Source: Bacteroidota bacterium
GTDB taxonomy: Bacteria > Bacteroidota > Rhodothermia > Rhodothermales > JBCDJV01
Assembly (NCBI GenBank): GCA_038747425.1
Contig: JBCDJV010000010.1
Coordinates: 16,521-80,520 of the forward strand
DNA: 64,000 bases
Reading direction: 5' to 3'
Below the pieces are notes generated by a model, which saw nothing but the letters and a program-made list of their open reading frames with translations, was not told the origin of the DNA and searched no databases. A program made the translations under genes and the position numbers. Position 1 is the first letter of the stretch. Every line of letters begins with the position of its first letter. This document shows positions 34,692 through 44,372 of this stretch, piece by piece.

Positions 34692-36644
34692 ATGGCCACC
34701 CCTGCTCCTTCAGATGCCCCCCGATCCCCGTGGTGGGCATCGCTGTTGCTCCTGCTGATCCCGATCCTGTTCTTCGCCCTGCTGGAGGGGGGACTGCGGC
34801 TGGGTGGGTACGGCGATGACTACCCGCTCTTTCTGGAGGTGCCAGGCCAACCGGACTACCTGTTCCAGAACCGCGACGTAGGGCGACGCTACTTCGCGCA
34901 GACCAGCACCATCCCGAACAGCCAGAACGACTTTTTCCGCAAAGAGAAGGACGCGGATACGTTCCGGATCTTCGTGCAGGGTGGCTCCAGCGCGGCCGGC
35001 TACCCGTTCTACCGAGGCGGCAGCTTCTCGCGGATGCTGGAGCAGCGGCTGCTCCAGACCTTCCCGGGGCGCAACGTGGAGGTCATCAACACGGCCATGG
35101 CGGCGGTCAACTCGTACACGCTCCTGGACCTCAGCAAGGAGATCCTCGAGCAGCAGCCGGATGCCGTTCTGATCTACGCAGGCCACAACGAATACTACGG
35201 CACGCTGGGGGTGGGCTCGGCCGAGTCGCTGGGCGGCTTTCGGGGGCTGGTCAACCTGTACCTACGTGTCCAGTCGTGGCGGACCGTCCAGCTCCTGCGC
35301 GCGGGGCTGGCGGGCGTAGCGGGGCTGTTTGCCGAGCGGGAGGCTGGGCAGGCCCCTAGCGCCACCCTCATGGAACGCATGGTGGGAGAGCAGTCCATCC
35401 CCTACGGCTCGCCCCTCTACGACCTGGGCCTCCGGCAGTTTGAAGGCAACCTGCGCGACCTGCTGGCCACCTACGAGGCCGCTGGGGTCCCGGTCTTCAT
35501 CGGCACGGTGGCCAGCAACGAGCGGGACCACGTGCCCTTCATCAGCGGCTTGGCCCCTGACACCGACGCGGAGGCCTGGAACGCAGGCTTCGCAGCCGCC
35601 CAGCGCCAGGCCACCCAGGGTGACACCACCGCCGCCCTGGCACGCCTGGAGACCCTCTTGGCTACGGATTCCCTGCACGCCGAGGCCTTCTACCTGCAGG
35701 CCCAGCTGCTGGAAGGTCGCGGCGAGGTGGCTCAGGCGCAGGCCGCCTACCTGGCCGCCAAGGACCGGGACCAGCTTCGCTTCCGGGCACCGGAGGCGCT
35801 CAACGCCACCCTGCGCGAGGTGGCCGCCGAGCATGGCGCCACCGTGGTGGAGACCCGTGCGGCCCTCGCGGCGGTGTCGCCGGGGGGCCTCATCGGGGCC
35901 AACGTGATGCTGGAGCACCTACACCCCAACCTGGACGGCTATTTTCGCATAGCCGACGCTTTTTACCAGGCTTTGCGGGAGGTGCAGCTGATTGGAACCT
36001 GGGAACAAGCGGTGGCCACGGCCGAGGCCCGGCAGGAACTGCTGGTGACTCCGTTGGACTCGCTGCTGGGCCACTACCGCGTGCAACAGCTCATGGGCAG
36101 CTGGCCCTTCCAGCCCCCAGGCGTGGTCCGGCGCGTCCCTCTGGAGCCCTCCACCCCGGTCGAAGAGATTGCGGTGGCCGTCTACCGCAGCGAGGCCTCG
36201 TGGCCCGATGGCATCGCGGCGCTTCGAGCCTACTACGAAGACGTGGGCGACACCCAGCAGGCCCTGCGCATGGCCCTGGCGATGATCCAGGAGTTTCCGT
36301 TTGCGGTCGACCCCTACCTGGTGGCCGGCAACCTCCTCGTCAAACAGGGCCGCTACACCGAATCCCTGACCTACTTTGAAGCCGCCGATGACCGCGGCCC
36401 GTCCGCCCCAGCCCAGCGTATGATCGGCAGCATCCTGCTGCAGATCGGGCGGCGCGATGACGCCATCGGCTGGCTGGAACGGGCCCAGGCGCTCGATCCC
36501 ACAGACCCGGCGGTGCTGTATAACCTGGGCGGGGCCTATGCGTTGGCGGGGCGCTACGACGAGGCCCGAACGATGGTGACCCGCCTCTTGGAGCAGCACC
36601 CTGATCACCAAGACGGGCGCCGCCTTCTGGCTAGCCTACCGTAG
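34692..36644 (+). CDS. membrane-anchored SGNH/GDSL-like hydrolase domain fused to C-terminal TPR repeats
   Basis: N-terminal TM helix. FRIFVQGGSSAAGYP (block I-like GGSS) ... IYAGHNEYYG. C-terminal TPR-like repeats. ATG 34692 preferred over TTG 34683. Confidence 0.7.
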   Translation: MATPAPSDAPRSPWWASLLLLLIPILFFALLEGGLRLGGYGDDYPLFLEVPGQPDYLFQNRDVGRRYFAQTSTIPNSQNDFFRKEKDADTFRIFVQGGSSAAGYPFYRGGSFSRMLEQRLLQTFPGRNVEVINTAMAAVNSYTLLDLSKEILEQQPDAVLIYAGHNEYYGTLGVGSAESLGGFRGLVNLYLRVQSWRTVQLLRAGLAGVAGLFAEREAGQAPSATLMERMVGEQSIPYGSPLYDLGLRQFEGNLRDLLATYEAAGVPVFIGTVASNERDHVPFISGLAPDTDAEAWNAGFAAAQRQATQGDTTAALARLETLLATDSLHAEAFYLQAQLLEGRGEVAQAQAAYLAAKDRDQLRFRAPEALNATLREVAAEHGATVVETRAALAAVSPGGLIGANVMLEHLHPNLDGYFRIADAFYQALREVQLIGTWEQAVATAEARQELLVTPLDSLLGHYRVQQLMGSWPFQPPGVVRRVPLEPSTPVEEIAVAVYRSEASWPDGIAALRAYYEDVGDTQQALRMALAMIQEFPFAVDPYLVAGNLLVKQGRYTESLTYFEAADDRGPSAPAQRMIGSILLQIGRRDDAIGWLERAQALDPTDPAVLYNLGGAYALAGRYDEARTMVTRLLEQHPDHQDGRRLLASLP

Positions 36645-36658
36645 CACACCGCGCGGCA

Positions 36659-37087
36659 TCAAGCCGCTGGGCGCACCGTGCTGAACACCGAGGGCAGGGC
36701 CTGGCCCAGCACCCCGCTCAAACAGGCCTGGATACCTTCGATGCTGGCGGGCTTACGCAGGACCGCCGCTAGGTGATCGGCCGCCACCTCGGGCTTCAGG
36801 CCCGCCTCGTGCAGCCCCACAATGGGCACGTGCGCATAGCCCGGCACGGCGGTCAGCTTCTTGAAAAGCCGGGCCGCCTGCATGGGCTTCGGCAGGTTGG
36901 TGGTCAACAGCACGAGGTCGTAGGCCTGCTCTTGCGCGAAGTGAAGGCCCAGGGTGGCGGAAAACGCCGCATGGACATCGCACGTGGGACGATAAAGCCG
37001 GTAGATGAGCCGCTGAAAGGCCGAGTCGCGGTCGATGACAAGCAGACGGGGGCGGTTCGTAGCCCGTGGCGAGAAGGTTGTCGACAT
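36659..37087 (-). CDS. receiver-like domain protein lacking the phospho-acceptor Asp (pseudo-receiver)
   Basis: RLLVIDRDS ... YDLVLLTTNLP ... VLRKP has receiver topology, but Thr sits where the DLVLLD Asp is expected. Trimmed to ATG 37087. Confidence 0.65.
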   Translation of the reverse strand: MSTTFSPRATNRPRLLVIDRDSAFQRLIYRLYRPTCDVHAAFSATLGLHFAQEQAYDLVLLTTNLPKPMQAARLFKKLTAVPGYAHVPIVGLHEAGLKPEVAADHLAAVLRKPASIEGIQACLSGVLGQALPSVFSTVRPAA

Positions 37088-37467
37088 GGAGAGCGGGGAT
37101 GGAATGGGGGAGAGGGAGACGTGGGGGCAGCCAAAGCCATTTTTACCCAAACCTGGTACATCAGCACCCAATCGGACTAATTATATAAATGATTTAGCCC
37201 TCATGTACCCTTTGTTTAAAATAAATTAACATTTTGATCGCATTCGCCTAGTAGAGGGCTACAGGCGACGGACCTGTAGGGAAGCGGGGTCTCACGGTGG
37301 GGAACTGGCGCTGGGAGGGGGCGTGCACTAGCCCGGCTCGATCGGCCAACCGGAGGCCACCTACCGCGCCTCTTGCACCACACCACGTGCTCACGTTCGC
37401 CTAGTCGCCGATCCCGTGAACAGCGCTCTCCATGCGCTGGCCAGCCCACCATCTCAACCCTGTCCGC

Positions 37468-38988
37468 ATGCCTTCTGCTTTGACTGACCTGTCCACCTTA
37501 GGCGAGCTGGTAGAGGCCGGCTACACGCCCCGCAGCATCAAGGACGAGCTCCGCGCGAACCTCATCCAGAAGCTTCGGCGTGAGGAGACCATCTTCCCGG
37601 GCATCATCGGCTACGAGCGCACGGTGATCCCGCAGATCCAGAATGCCCTGCTGGGGCGGCACGACATGATTCTGCTGGGCCTGCGCGGCCAGGCCAAGAG
37701 CCGCCTCATCCGCATGCTGCCGAGCCTGCTCGACGAGTACATCCCCATTGTGGCCGGGAGCGAGCTGAACGACAGCCCCTTCGCCCCCGTCTCGAAACAC
37801 GCCCGCGAGCTGGTGGCCGCCAAGGGCCAGGATACGCCCATCCAGTGGCTGCATCGAAGCGAGCGCTACGGTGAGAAGCTGGCCACGCCAGACACCACCA
37901 TCGCCGACCTCATCGGGGACATCGACCCGATCAAGGCGGCCAGCCAGCGGCTCACCTATGCCGACGAGGACGTGATTCATTTCGGCATCATCCCGCGCAC
38001 CAACCGCGGCATCTTCGCCATCAACGAGCTGCCCGACCTACAGCCGCGCATCCAGGTGGGCCTGCTTAATATCCTGGAAGAGCAGGATATCCAGATCCGC
38101 GGCTTCAACGTGCGCTTCCCGCTCGACGTGCTCATGGTGTTCTCAGCCAACCCGGAGGACTACACCAACCGCGGCAACCTGATCACGCCGCTCAAGGACC
38201 GCATCGATAGCCAGATCATCACCCACTACCCCAAGACGATCGACGTAGGCATCCAGATCACGCAGCAAGAGGCGTGGGAAGAGCGCGGCGACGAGATCGA
38301 CGTGGCCGTGCCCTTCTTCTTCCGTCAGATCATCGAGCAGATTGCCTTCGAGGCTCGGGAGAGCGAGTACGTGGACCAAAAGTCGGGCGTGTCGGCCCGG
38401 CTGACGCGAGCCGCCATGGAGGACCTGGTCTCGGCCGCTGAGCGGCGAGCGCTGGTCAACGATGAGACCGAGACCACCGTCCGGGTGAGCGATCTGCTCT
38501 ACGTGGAGCCCGCCATCACGGGGAAGGTGGAGCTGGTCTACGAGGGCGAGCAGGAGGGGGCCCAGAACGTGGCCCGCGTGCTGGTGGGCCGGGCCCTCAA
38601 GTCGATCTTCAACCTCTACTTCCCCGACCCGTCGGACAAGCGCCAGGGCCGCGCGGCCTACGGCGACATCCTGAACTGGTTTTCGAAGGGCAACACGCTG
38701 GAGCTCTCTCCCGACCTGCCCTTCACGGACTTCGCTCAGCGCCTGGACGCCGTCCCCGGCCTCCGAGCCTTCGCCAAGCAGCATGCGGCTCCGGAAACGC
38801 CCTCGGAGACCGCCACCACCATGGAGTTCGTCTTGGAGGCCCTGCACCAGCACTCGCTCGTAGGCAAGGACTACGCCGAGGCCGACTCCACCTACAATGA
38901 CATCATGGGCTCCATGCTTTCCTCCTTGGGCTCCCTCGACGACGACGATGACTTCGAGGACGACGATGACTACCGCCGCTACCGCTGA
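37468..38988 (+). CDS. ChlI/BchI-like AAA+ ATPase (Mg-chelatase subunit I family), orphan
   Basis: FPGIIGYERTVIPQIQNALLGRHDMILLGLRGQAKSRL (P-loop region), Walker B GIFAINELPDL, and NLITPLKDRIDSQI. A C-terminal extension ends in the acidic tail LDDDDDFEDDDDY. Confidence 0.8.
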   Translation: MPSALTDLSTLGELVEAGYTPRSIKDELRANLIQKLRREETIFPGIIGYERTVIPQIQNALLGRHDMILLGLRGQAKSRLIRMLPSLLDEYIPIVAGSELNDSPFAPVSKHARELVAAKGQDTPIQWLHRSERYGEKLATPDTTIADLIGDIDPIKAASQRLTYADEDVIHFGIIPRTNRGIFAINELPDLQPRIQVGLLNILEEQDIQIRGFNVRFPLDVLMVFSANPEDYTNRGNLITPLKDRIDSQIITHYPKTIDVGIQITQQEAWEERGDEIDVAVPFFFRQIIEQIAFEARESEYVDQKSGVSARLTRAAMEDLVSAAERRALVNDETETTVRVSDLLYVEPAITGKVELVYEGEQEGAQNVARVLVGRALKSIFNLYFPDPSDKRQGRAAYGDILNWFSKGNTLELSPDLPFTDFAQRLDAVPGLRAFAKQHAAPETPSETATTMEFVLEALHQHSLVGKDYAEADSTYNDIMGSMLSSLGSLDDDDDFEDDDDYRRYR

Positions 38989-39058
38989 GGCCCGGCTGGC
39001 GCGCTGATCACGTCCCGGTGATAGCACCCCCTCGGCCTCGCCTCCATCGCCGCGCACT

Positions 39059-39589
39059 ATGGCTTCTTTCTTCCGCATTCGCACCGCCACGCCCGATGAT
39101 GCCCCGGCGCTGATCGTGCTGATCGAGGCCTTGGCCGCCTACGAAAAGCTCAGCCACGAGGCCCAGCCCGACGAAGCCGCGCTGCGACAGCACCTCGCCC
39201 CGGATGCACAGCCACGCTGCGAGGCGTTTCTCGCGGAGCGCGTGGACACGGGCCAAGCCATCGGGCTGGCCCTCTTCTTCCAGACCTATTCGACGTTTCT
39301 GACGCGGTGGGGGATCTACCTGGAGGATCTGTTCGTCGTACCTGAGCATCGGGGTCGAGGCGTCGGGATGGCCTTGCTGCGCAGGCTGGCCGCAGAGGCC
39401 GTGGCCCGCCGCTGTGAGCGGCTGGAGTGGCAGGTGCTGGACTGGAACGAGCTGGCCCTCGGCTTCTACGATCGTCTCGGTGCCCGCCCGCTGGACGACT
39501 GGATCACGATGCGCCTCTCCGGCGACGCTCTGCACCGCCTAGGGGCCCCCGTCGACCCGAGTACCCCATCTGTCCCACCCATGGCGTGA
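39059..39589 (+). CDS. GNAT-family N-acetyltransferase (diamine acetyltransferase-like)
   Basis: LFVVPEHRGRGVGMALLRRLA (acetyl-CoA-binding motif A, R/Q-x-x-G-x-G/A). 176 aa. Confidence 0.9.
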   Translation: MASFFRIRTATPDDAPALIVLIEALAAYEKLSHEAQPDEAALRQHLAPDAQPRCEAFLAERVDTGQAIGLALFFQTYSTFLTRWGIYLEDLFVVPEHRGRGVGMALLRRLAAEAVARRCERLEWQVLDWNELALGFYDRLGARPLDDWITMRLSGDALHRLGAPVDPSTPSVPPMA

Positions 39590-39595
39590 CCCTTC

Positions 39596-40309
39596 ATGCG
39601 CACCTTGGTCATCATCCCCGCCTTCAACGAAGCGCGCGCCATCGGGCGCGTGATCAGCGACATTCCGGCGGGGCTGGTGGACGAAGTGGTGGTGGTCAAC
39701 AACGCCTCCACCGACGAAACGGAGGCCAACGCCCGGGCTGCGGGCGCCACCGTCCTCACCGAGCTGCAGCGCGGCTACGGCTTCGCCTGCCTCCGCGGCA
39801 TCGCCTACGCCAAGACGCAGCAACCCGAGGTGGTGGTCTTCCTGGATGGCGACTACAGCGACCACCCAGACGAGATGGACCGCCTCTTGGCGCCCATCCT
39901 GCGGGGCGAGGCCGACTTCGTCCTCGGCTCTCGGATGCGGGGGCCGCGTGAGGCCGGGGCCATGCTCCCCCAGGCGATCCTGGGCAACTGGCTTGCCTGC
40001 TCCCTCATGCGCTGGATCTGGGGCGCCCGCTACACTGACCTGGGCCCGTTCCGTGCCATCCGCTTCGCCGATCTCTTGGCGCTCGACATGCAGGACACGA
40101 CCTTTGGATGGACCATCGAGATGCAGATCAAGGCCGTCTTGGCGGGCTTGCGCTATCGCGAGGTGCCTGTATCTTACCGCAAGCGCGTGGGCGTCTCCAA
40201 GATCACCGGGACCGTGACTGGGACACTCAAAGCCAGCTATAAAATCCTCTGGACCATCGCTAAATTTGCTCTTCGCCTCGGCACGACCCCGAAAGCGGTC
40301 CCTTCGTAA
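39596..40309 (+). CDS. family 2 glycosyltransferase (polyprenol-phosphate glycosyltransferase-like)
   Basis: VIIPAFNEARAIGRVI ... VVVNNASTDET ... FLDGDYSDHP (DxD-type). Confidence 0.9.
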   Translation: MRTLVIIPAFNEARAIGRVISDIPAGLVDEVVVVNNASTDETEANARAAGATVLTELQRGYGFACLRGIAYAKTQQPEVVVFLDGDYSDHPDEMDRLLAPILRGEADFVLGSRMRGPREAGAMLPQAILGNWLACSLMRWIWGARYTDLGPFRAIRFADLLALDMQDTTFGWTIEMQIKAVLAGLRYREVPVSYRKRVGVSKITGTVTGTLKASYKILWTIAKFALRLGTTPKAVPS

Positions 40310-40342
40310 GCCCAGGCACCCACCTTTCTGAGGCTCTCTGCT

Positions 40343-41269
40343 ATGCAACACAAAATCTGGTTCAATGGCGCCCTCGTTCCGTACGAGGAGGCCACCGTTC
40401 ACGTCCTCTCTCACGTCATCCACTACGGCTCGTCGGTCTTCGAAGGCATCCGGTGCTACAACACGGACGAGCAAGGCCCCGCCGTCTTCCGCCTGCGCGA
40501 GCACATGCAGCGCTTGGTTGACTCGGCCCGCATCCACCGCATGGAGATTCCCTACACGCTGGAAGAGCTGGAGGCCGCTACGCTAGAAACCATTGCCGAC
40601 TCCGGGCTACAGTCCTGCTACATCCGCCCGGTGGTCTTTCGAGGGATGGGGGCCATGGGGGTCAACCCGCTCAAGAACCAGGTGGAGTCCGTGATCGCAG
40701 TCTGGGAGTGGGGCGCATATCTGGGCCCCGAGGCCTTGGAGCAAGGCGTGGAGGTGCAGGTGGCCTCGTGGAATCGCTTCGCCCCGAACACCATGCCTAC
40801 CCTGGCCAAGGCCGGTGGCAACTACCTCAATGCTTCCCTGGTCAAGATGGACGCGGTGCTCAATGGCTACGCCGAGGGCATCATGCTCAACACCCAAGGC
40901 TACCTGGCCGAGGGCAGCGGCGAAAACCTCTTCCTGGTCAAAGACGGCACGCTCTACACGGCGCCCAACACGCTCTCTATCCTGCCCGGTATCACCCGCG
41001 CCTCGGTCATCACGCTCGCCAAGGAGCGGGGCTACGAGGTCGTGGAGACGCCTATCCTGCGCGAGGCCCTGTACCTGGCCGACGAGCTGTTCTTCACCGG
41101 CACCGCCGCCGAGGTGACGCCCATCCGGTCCGTCGACCACCACGTCATCGGCTCCGGATCACGAGGACCCATCACCGCGGAGCTGCAACAGGCCTTCTTC
41201 GACGTGGTCCACCGGGGCCAGGACGCCCATGGCTGGCTCACGCGCGTCGAGACCGAGGTCGCGGCGTAA
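40343..41269 (+). CDS. ilvE: branched-chain amino acid aminotransferase
   Basis: [35 protein letters not shown] ... [13 protein letters not shown] ... GSGENLF ... GITR. Fold-type IV PLP enzyme, 308 aa. Confidence 0.95.
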   Translation: MQHKIWFNGALVPYEEATVHVLSHVIHYGSSVFEGIRCYNTDEQGPAVFRLREHMQRLVDSARIHRMEIPYTLEELEAATLETIADSGLQSCYIRPVVFRGMGAMGVNPLKNQVESVIAVWEWGAYLGPEALEQGVEVQVASWNRFAPNTMPTLAKAGGNYLNASLVKMDAVLNGYAEGIMLNTQGYLAEGSGENLFLVKDGTLYTAPNTLSILPGITRASVITLAKERGYEVVETPILREALYLADELFFTGTAAEVTPIRSVDHHVIGSGSRGPITAELQQAFFDVVHRGQDAHGWLTRVETEVAA

Positions 41270-41291
41270 GTCCGCACCGCCAGCGTACCTG

Positions 41292-41331
41292 AGAGGCTGA
41301 GCACAGGGCATAAGGCCCATGCTCAGCCTCT
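41292..41331 (+). terminator. hairpin downstream of ilvE built on family A termini (AGAGGCTGAGCA ... TGCTCAGCCTCT)
   Basis: A 12-bp outer stem plus an inner GGGC/GCCC stem. Starts 23 nt after the ilvE stop and is followed by TGTGGTTTGG (weak U-tract). Confidence 0.55.
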
Positions 41332-41497
41332 TGTGGTTTGGAGCCCCTATCAAAACCCGGTGCGCTGGTGAGGGCGAGTGCATCGGTTCAGGACCCGGAA
41401 GGCGATGCAGGCGGGCTGGAGGCCCGTCGAAGCAGCCTAGCGCCGCCCGGAGCCGATGTAGCCGCGCGTAGCCTGCACGCGGTTTGGGTAGGAGCTG

Positions 41498-42898
41498 TTA
41501 GTTGGCACCTGACGAGGTGGACTGGCCCACCGACGGAGCATGCACACGGTCTACCAGGCGCGTGTATCGGCGGATCAGGTCGAGGGTGGAGGTATCCTGG
41601 GTGTAGACGCCGTACCACCCCTGCTTTTCGTGGGGCGGGTCGCCGGTGAACGGGTCGCCGGGTTGCCAGGCCGCGCCGGGGGCACGGGGCTGGCCCTCTC
41701 CGGACCACGCCCACAGGTTGAGGCCCGCCAGCAGCCCGCTCTCGAGCGCCATCTTGTGCTGCATGGCAAAGAGCATCTGGAAGTAGTGGTCTCGATACGT
41801 GGTCGGCGCGGAGGACTCGTAGCGGCCCTCATCGCGCGAGAGGCCAAATTCTTCCAGCACGACCGGCTTGTTGACCGTGGCGCCGACCGCCATGTGGTCG
41901 GCCACATAGGCCATGGCTAGGCCCAGGGCTTCTCCAAACGTGGCAGCAGGCTGGCTCGGATCGTACCAGCCCCAGTTCTCCAGCCAGAGGTGGATGGTGA
42001 GGTAGTCCAGATGGGGCGAGGCACTCACCTGGGGAAAGGCGGTCCCATTGCTTGGTACGACCTTTCCTTCACCCCCCAGGGACACCAGGTGGTTCGGGTC
42101 CATCAGCTGGATGAAGCCCGCCGTCTGATCGACCCACTCCACGTACTGGGGAGACAGGGCAAAACCGCGCGGCTCATTGGCCAGTTGCCACGCCATGATG
42201 GTGGGATCGTCCCGGTAGGACCGGCCGGTGATCGTGTTGGTGCGGTGGAGCAGCTCGTAGATGTAGTCCAGGAAGAGCCGCTTGGCATCGGTGTTGGCGA
42301 AGAACTGGGCGCTGTAATTCTGAAAATCGTCCCAGGTGTGGCCGTCTTGCTCCGGGTAGGGGATGGGCGTACCCGTAGCCCAGGACACGTACTGAGCCAT
42401 CCCGCCGGACCACTGGAAAAAGTTGTTGAGCACCAGCACAGCCTTCATGTTGCGCTGAGCCATGGCGTCGAGCAAAAAGTCGAGGCCCACCAGCAGGGTC
42501 TCGTCGTACACCCGCGGTTCGTTCTGGACGGCTGGGTGCACACGCCACGGCTGGTCGGACGGGCCCTCGCTGGCGGCCATGACGCGCAGGTTGTTGACCC
42601 CCAGCGCCTGCAGCTGGTCAAGCTCGCGGAGCAGCCGGGCACGCCCTGCGTCGTGGCCCGCTTGCCCGAGGTTCATCCCGAACCACAGGTTGGCCCCGAT
42701 GAAGTAGTACGGCCGCCCCTCCAGCACGAACTGGCCGTTCTCCACCCGCACAAACGCGCTGGAGTCCGCCGCCGCACGGTGGGCCGCCGTGCTGTCCGCC
42801 GTGGCGCCCGCTGAGATCACGCCGCTGCGGGGCTGGGCCAACGTAGGACCGGCCGCGCACCACAGGATGAGCCCAAGGCTCGCTAGAATCGTTCGCAT
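41498..42898 (-). CDS. glycoside hydrolase family 5 (beta-mannanase-like), secreted
   Basis: Signal peptide MRTILASLGLILWCAAGPTLAQ. Acid/base motif WQLANEPRG. Nucleophile motif VVLEEFGL. Confidence 0.8.
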   Translation of the reverse strand: MRTILASLGLILWCAAGPTLAQPRSGVISAGATADSTAAHRAAADSSAFVRVENGQFVLEGRPYYFIGANLWFGMNLGQAGHDAGRARLLRELDQLQALGVNNLRVMAASEGPSDQPWRVHPAVQNEPRVYDETLLVGLDFLLDAMAQRNMKAVLVLNNFFQWSGGMAQYVSWATGTPIPYPEQDGHTWDDFQNYSAQFFANTDAKRLFLDYIYELLHRTNTITGRSYRDDPTIMAWQLANEPRGFALSPQYVEWVDQTAGFIQLMDPNHLVSLGGEGKVVPSNGTAFPQVSASPHLDYLTIHLWLENWGWYDPSQPAATFGEALGLAMAYVADHMAVGATVNKPVVLEEFGLSRDEGRYESSAPTTYRDHYFQMLFAMQHKMALESGLLAGLNLWAWSGEGQPRAPGAAWQPGDPFTGDPPHEKQGWYGVYTQDTSTLDLIRRYTRLVDRVHAPSVGQSTSSGAN

Positions 42899-43044
42899 CG
42901 CACCAGGAAGCGGGGGAGAGGAGCACCGAAGGTACAAGATACCGCGGCCCAGTATAGGGCTTGGGAGGGCGTATGTACCAGGGGTGAGCCTAGCGCGCTG
43001 CGATGTTCTCCTGCACCATGGACTCAGGCGGCTTGCTGGGGCAC

Positions 43045-43785
43045 TCAGGCGGCCTGCTGGGCATCGCGGACCATTTCCTCGGCCAGCTCATCGCCCAGGT
43101 ACCGATCCATGAGCCAGTGGGCACCGTAGATGACCGGCGTGATGGCGACGGCGATCAGGAACTTGTAGAGGTAGTTGAACAGCGTGACGGCCACCACGGT
43201 CTGCAAGGTCATCATCCCGGGCAGATAGAAGGCTACAAAGAGCACGATGAACGTGTCGATGAACTGCGAGCCGAACGTGGAGCCCGTCGCCCGTAACCAC
43301 AGGTAACGACCGTTGGTGAGGCCGCGCAGCCAGTGAAAGAGGCCGATGTCCACGAGCTGACCAATCAGAAACGCCAGGATGCTCCCCACGATCACCCAGG
43401 TCGTCGCTCCGAAGACGGCATCGAACGCCTCGCCGGGGACGGGCGAGATGGGGGCCACCGGCACCGCCATGGCCAGCTGCAAAAGGCCGAACTCGAAGGC
43501 GATCATGCCCACGCCCAAGAACGTGACGAAGCGAATACCGGGCTTGCCGTAGTACTCGTTGAGCAGGTCCGTGACGATGAACGTGATCGGGAAGGCGAGC
43601 ACGCCCGCCGTCATCACCACATTGTCGAACGTCTCGCCGAAGATGACGAGCGGTACAGGCAGGGTGAAGGCGGTGAACAGCTTACCAGCCGTGGCCTCGG
43701 CCACCACCAGCGCCGTGAGGAAGATGCCCGCACAGATGACGTAGAGCTTCTGCGGACGGGTCAGGGCGTGGGGGGTACGGAGCAC
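43045..43785 (-). CDS. yhhQ: queuosine-precursor transporter (YhhQ/VUT, DUF165 family)
   Basis: Polytopic, 246 aa. GVLAFPITFIVTDLLNEYYG ... GSQFIDTFIVLFVAF are characteristic motifs. GTG start. Confidence 0.8.
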   Translation of the reverse strand: MLRTPHALTRPQKLYVICAGIFLTALVVAEATAGKLFTAFTLPVPLVIFGETFDNVVMTAGVLAFPITFIVTDLLNEYYGKPGIRFVTFLGVGMIAFEFGLLQLAMAVPVAPISPVPGEAFDAVFGATTWVIVGSILAFLIGQLVDIGLFHWLRGLTNGRYLWLRATGSTFGSQFIDTFIVLFVAFYLPGMMTLQTVVAVTLFNYLYKFLIAVAITPVIYGAHWLMDRYLGDELAEEMVRDAQQAA

Positions 43786-43821
43786 GGGGCGGGGGATACC
43801 GAACGGTGGGAGGGTCAGGGA

Positions 43822-44280
43822 CTACTGGTCGGTGCGGAGGCGTTCCAGCAGGTCGTTGAGCAGAGCCTGCTCATCTGGGGTCAGGTGCTCGCTCAGGCGC
43901 TCGCTGAAGGCGCGAACGGGTTGCTCCATCCGGCACAGCAGGTCCAGCCCCGCCTCTGTGATGCCCACCTGCACCATCCGCCGATCCTCTTTGGCCCGCG
44001 CCCGGTGGACCAACCCCGCCCGCTGCAAGCGGTTGAGCAAGCGGGTCACGTCCGGCGTCCGGTCCAGGAGGCGCTCGCCGATGGCGGTACAGGAGAGGCG
44101 GTCCGGGTGGGTCCCACGCAGGATGCGCAGCACGTTGTACTGGGCGGGCGTCACCTCGAACGGGGCCATCGTGGCCGCCAGTTCACCGGTGATCCACGAG
44201 CTGGTCGCCATCACGTTCAGCAGGGCGCGGTGCGCCTCCGATTCAAACTGGGGCTGCCGAATCAGGTCGGATAACTTCAT
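43822..44280 (-). CDS. MarR-family transcriptional regulator
   Basis: Winged-HTH segment VTPAQYNVLRILRG ... LSCTAIGERLLDRTPDVTRLLNRLQRAGLVHRARAKEDRRMV. Confidence 0.9.
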   Translation of the reverse strand: MKLSDLIRQPQFESEAHRALLNVMATSSWITGELAATMAPFEVTPAQYNVLRILRGTHPDRLSCTAIGERLLDRTPDVTRLLNRLQRAGLVHRARAKEDRRMVQVGITEAGLDLLCRMEQPVRAFSERLSEHLTPDEQALLNDLLERLRTDQ

Positions 44281-44372
44281 GGCTAGAACCGTCGGCTCGC
44301 GGAAAACACAGGATTATTTGTTACGACGATTGTTTACGAGGCCGAGACGGTGCACGTTCCGCGAGGCCTGGC

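Noticed and set aside
44281-44372. TTGTTACG / TGTTTACG direct repeat upstream of the MarR gene as an autoregulatory operator.
   Set aside because: It is only an 8-bp imperfect direct repeat (MarR sites are usually palindromic). This is too short to distinguish from chance without comparative data.
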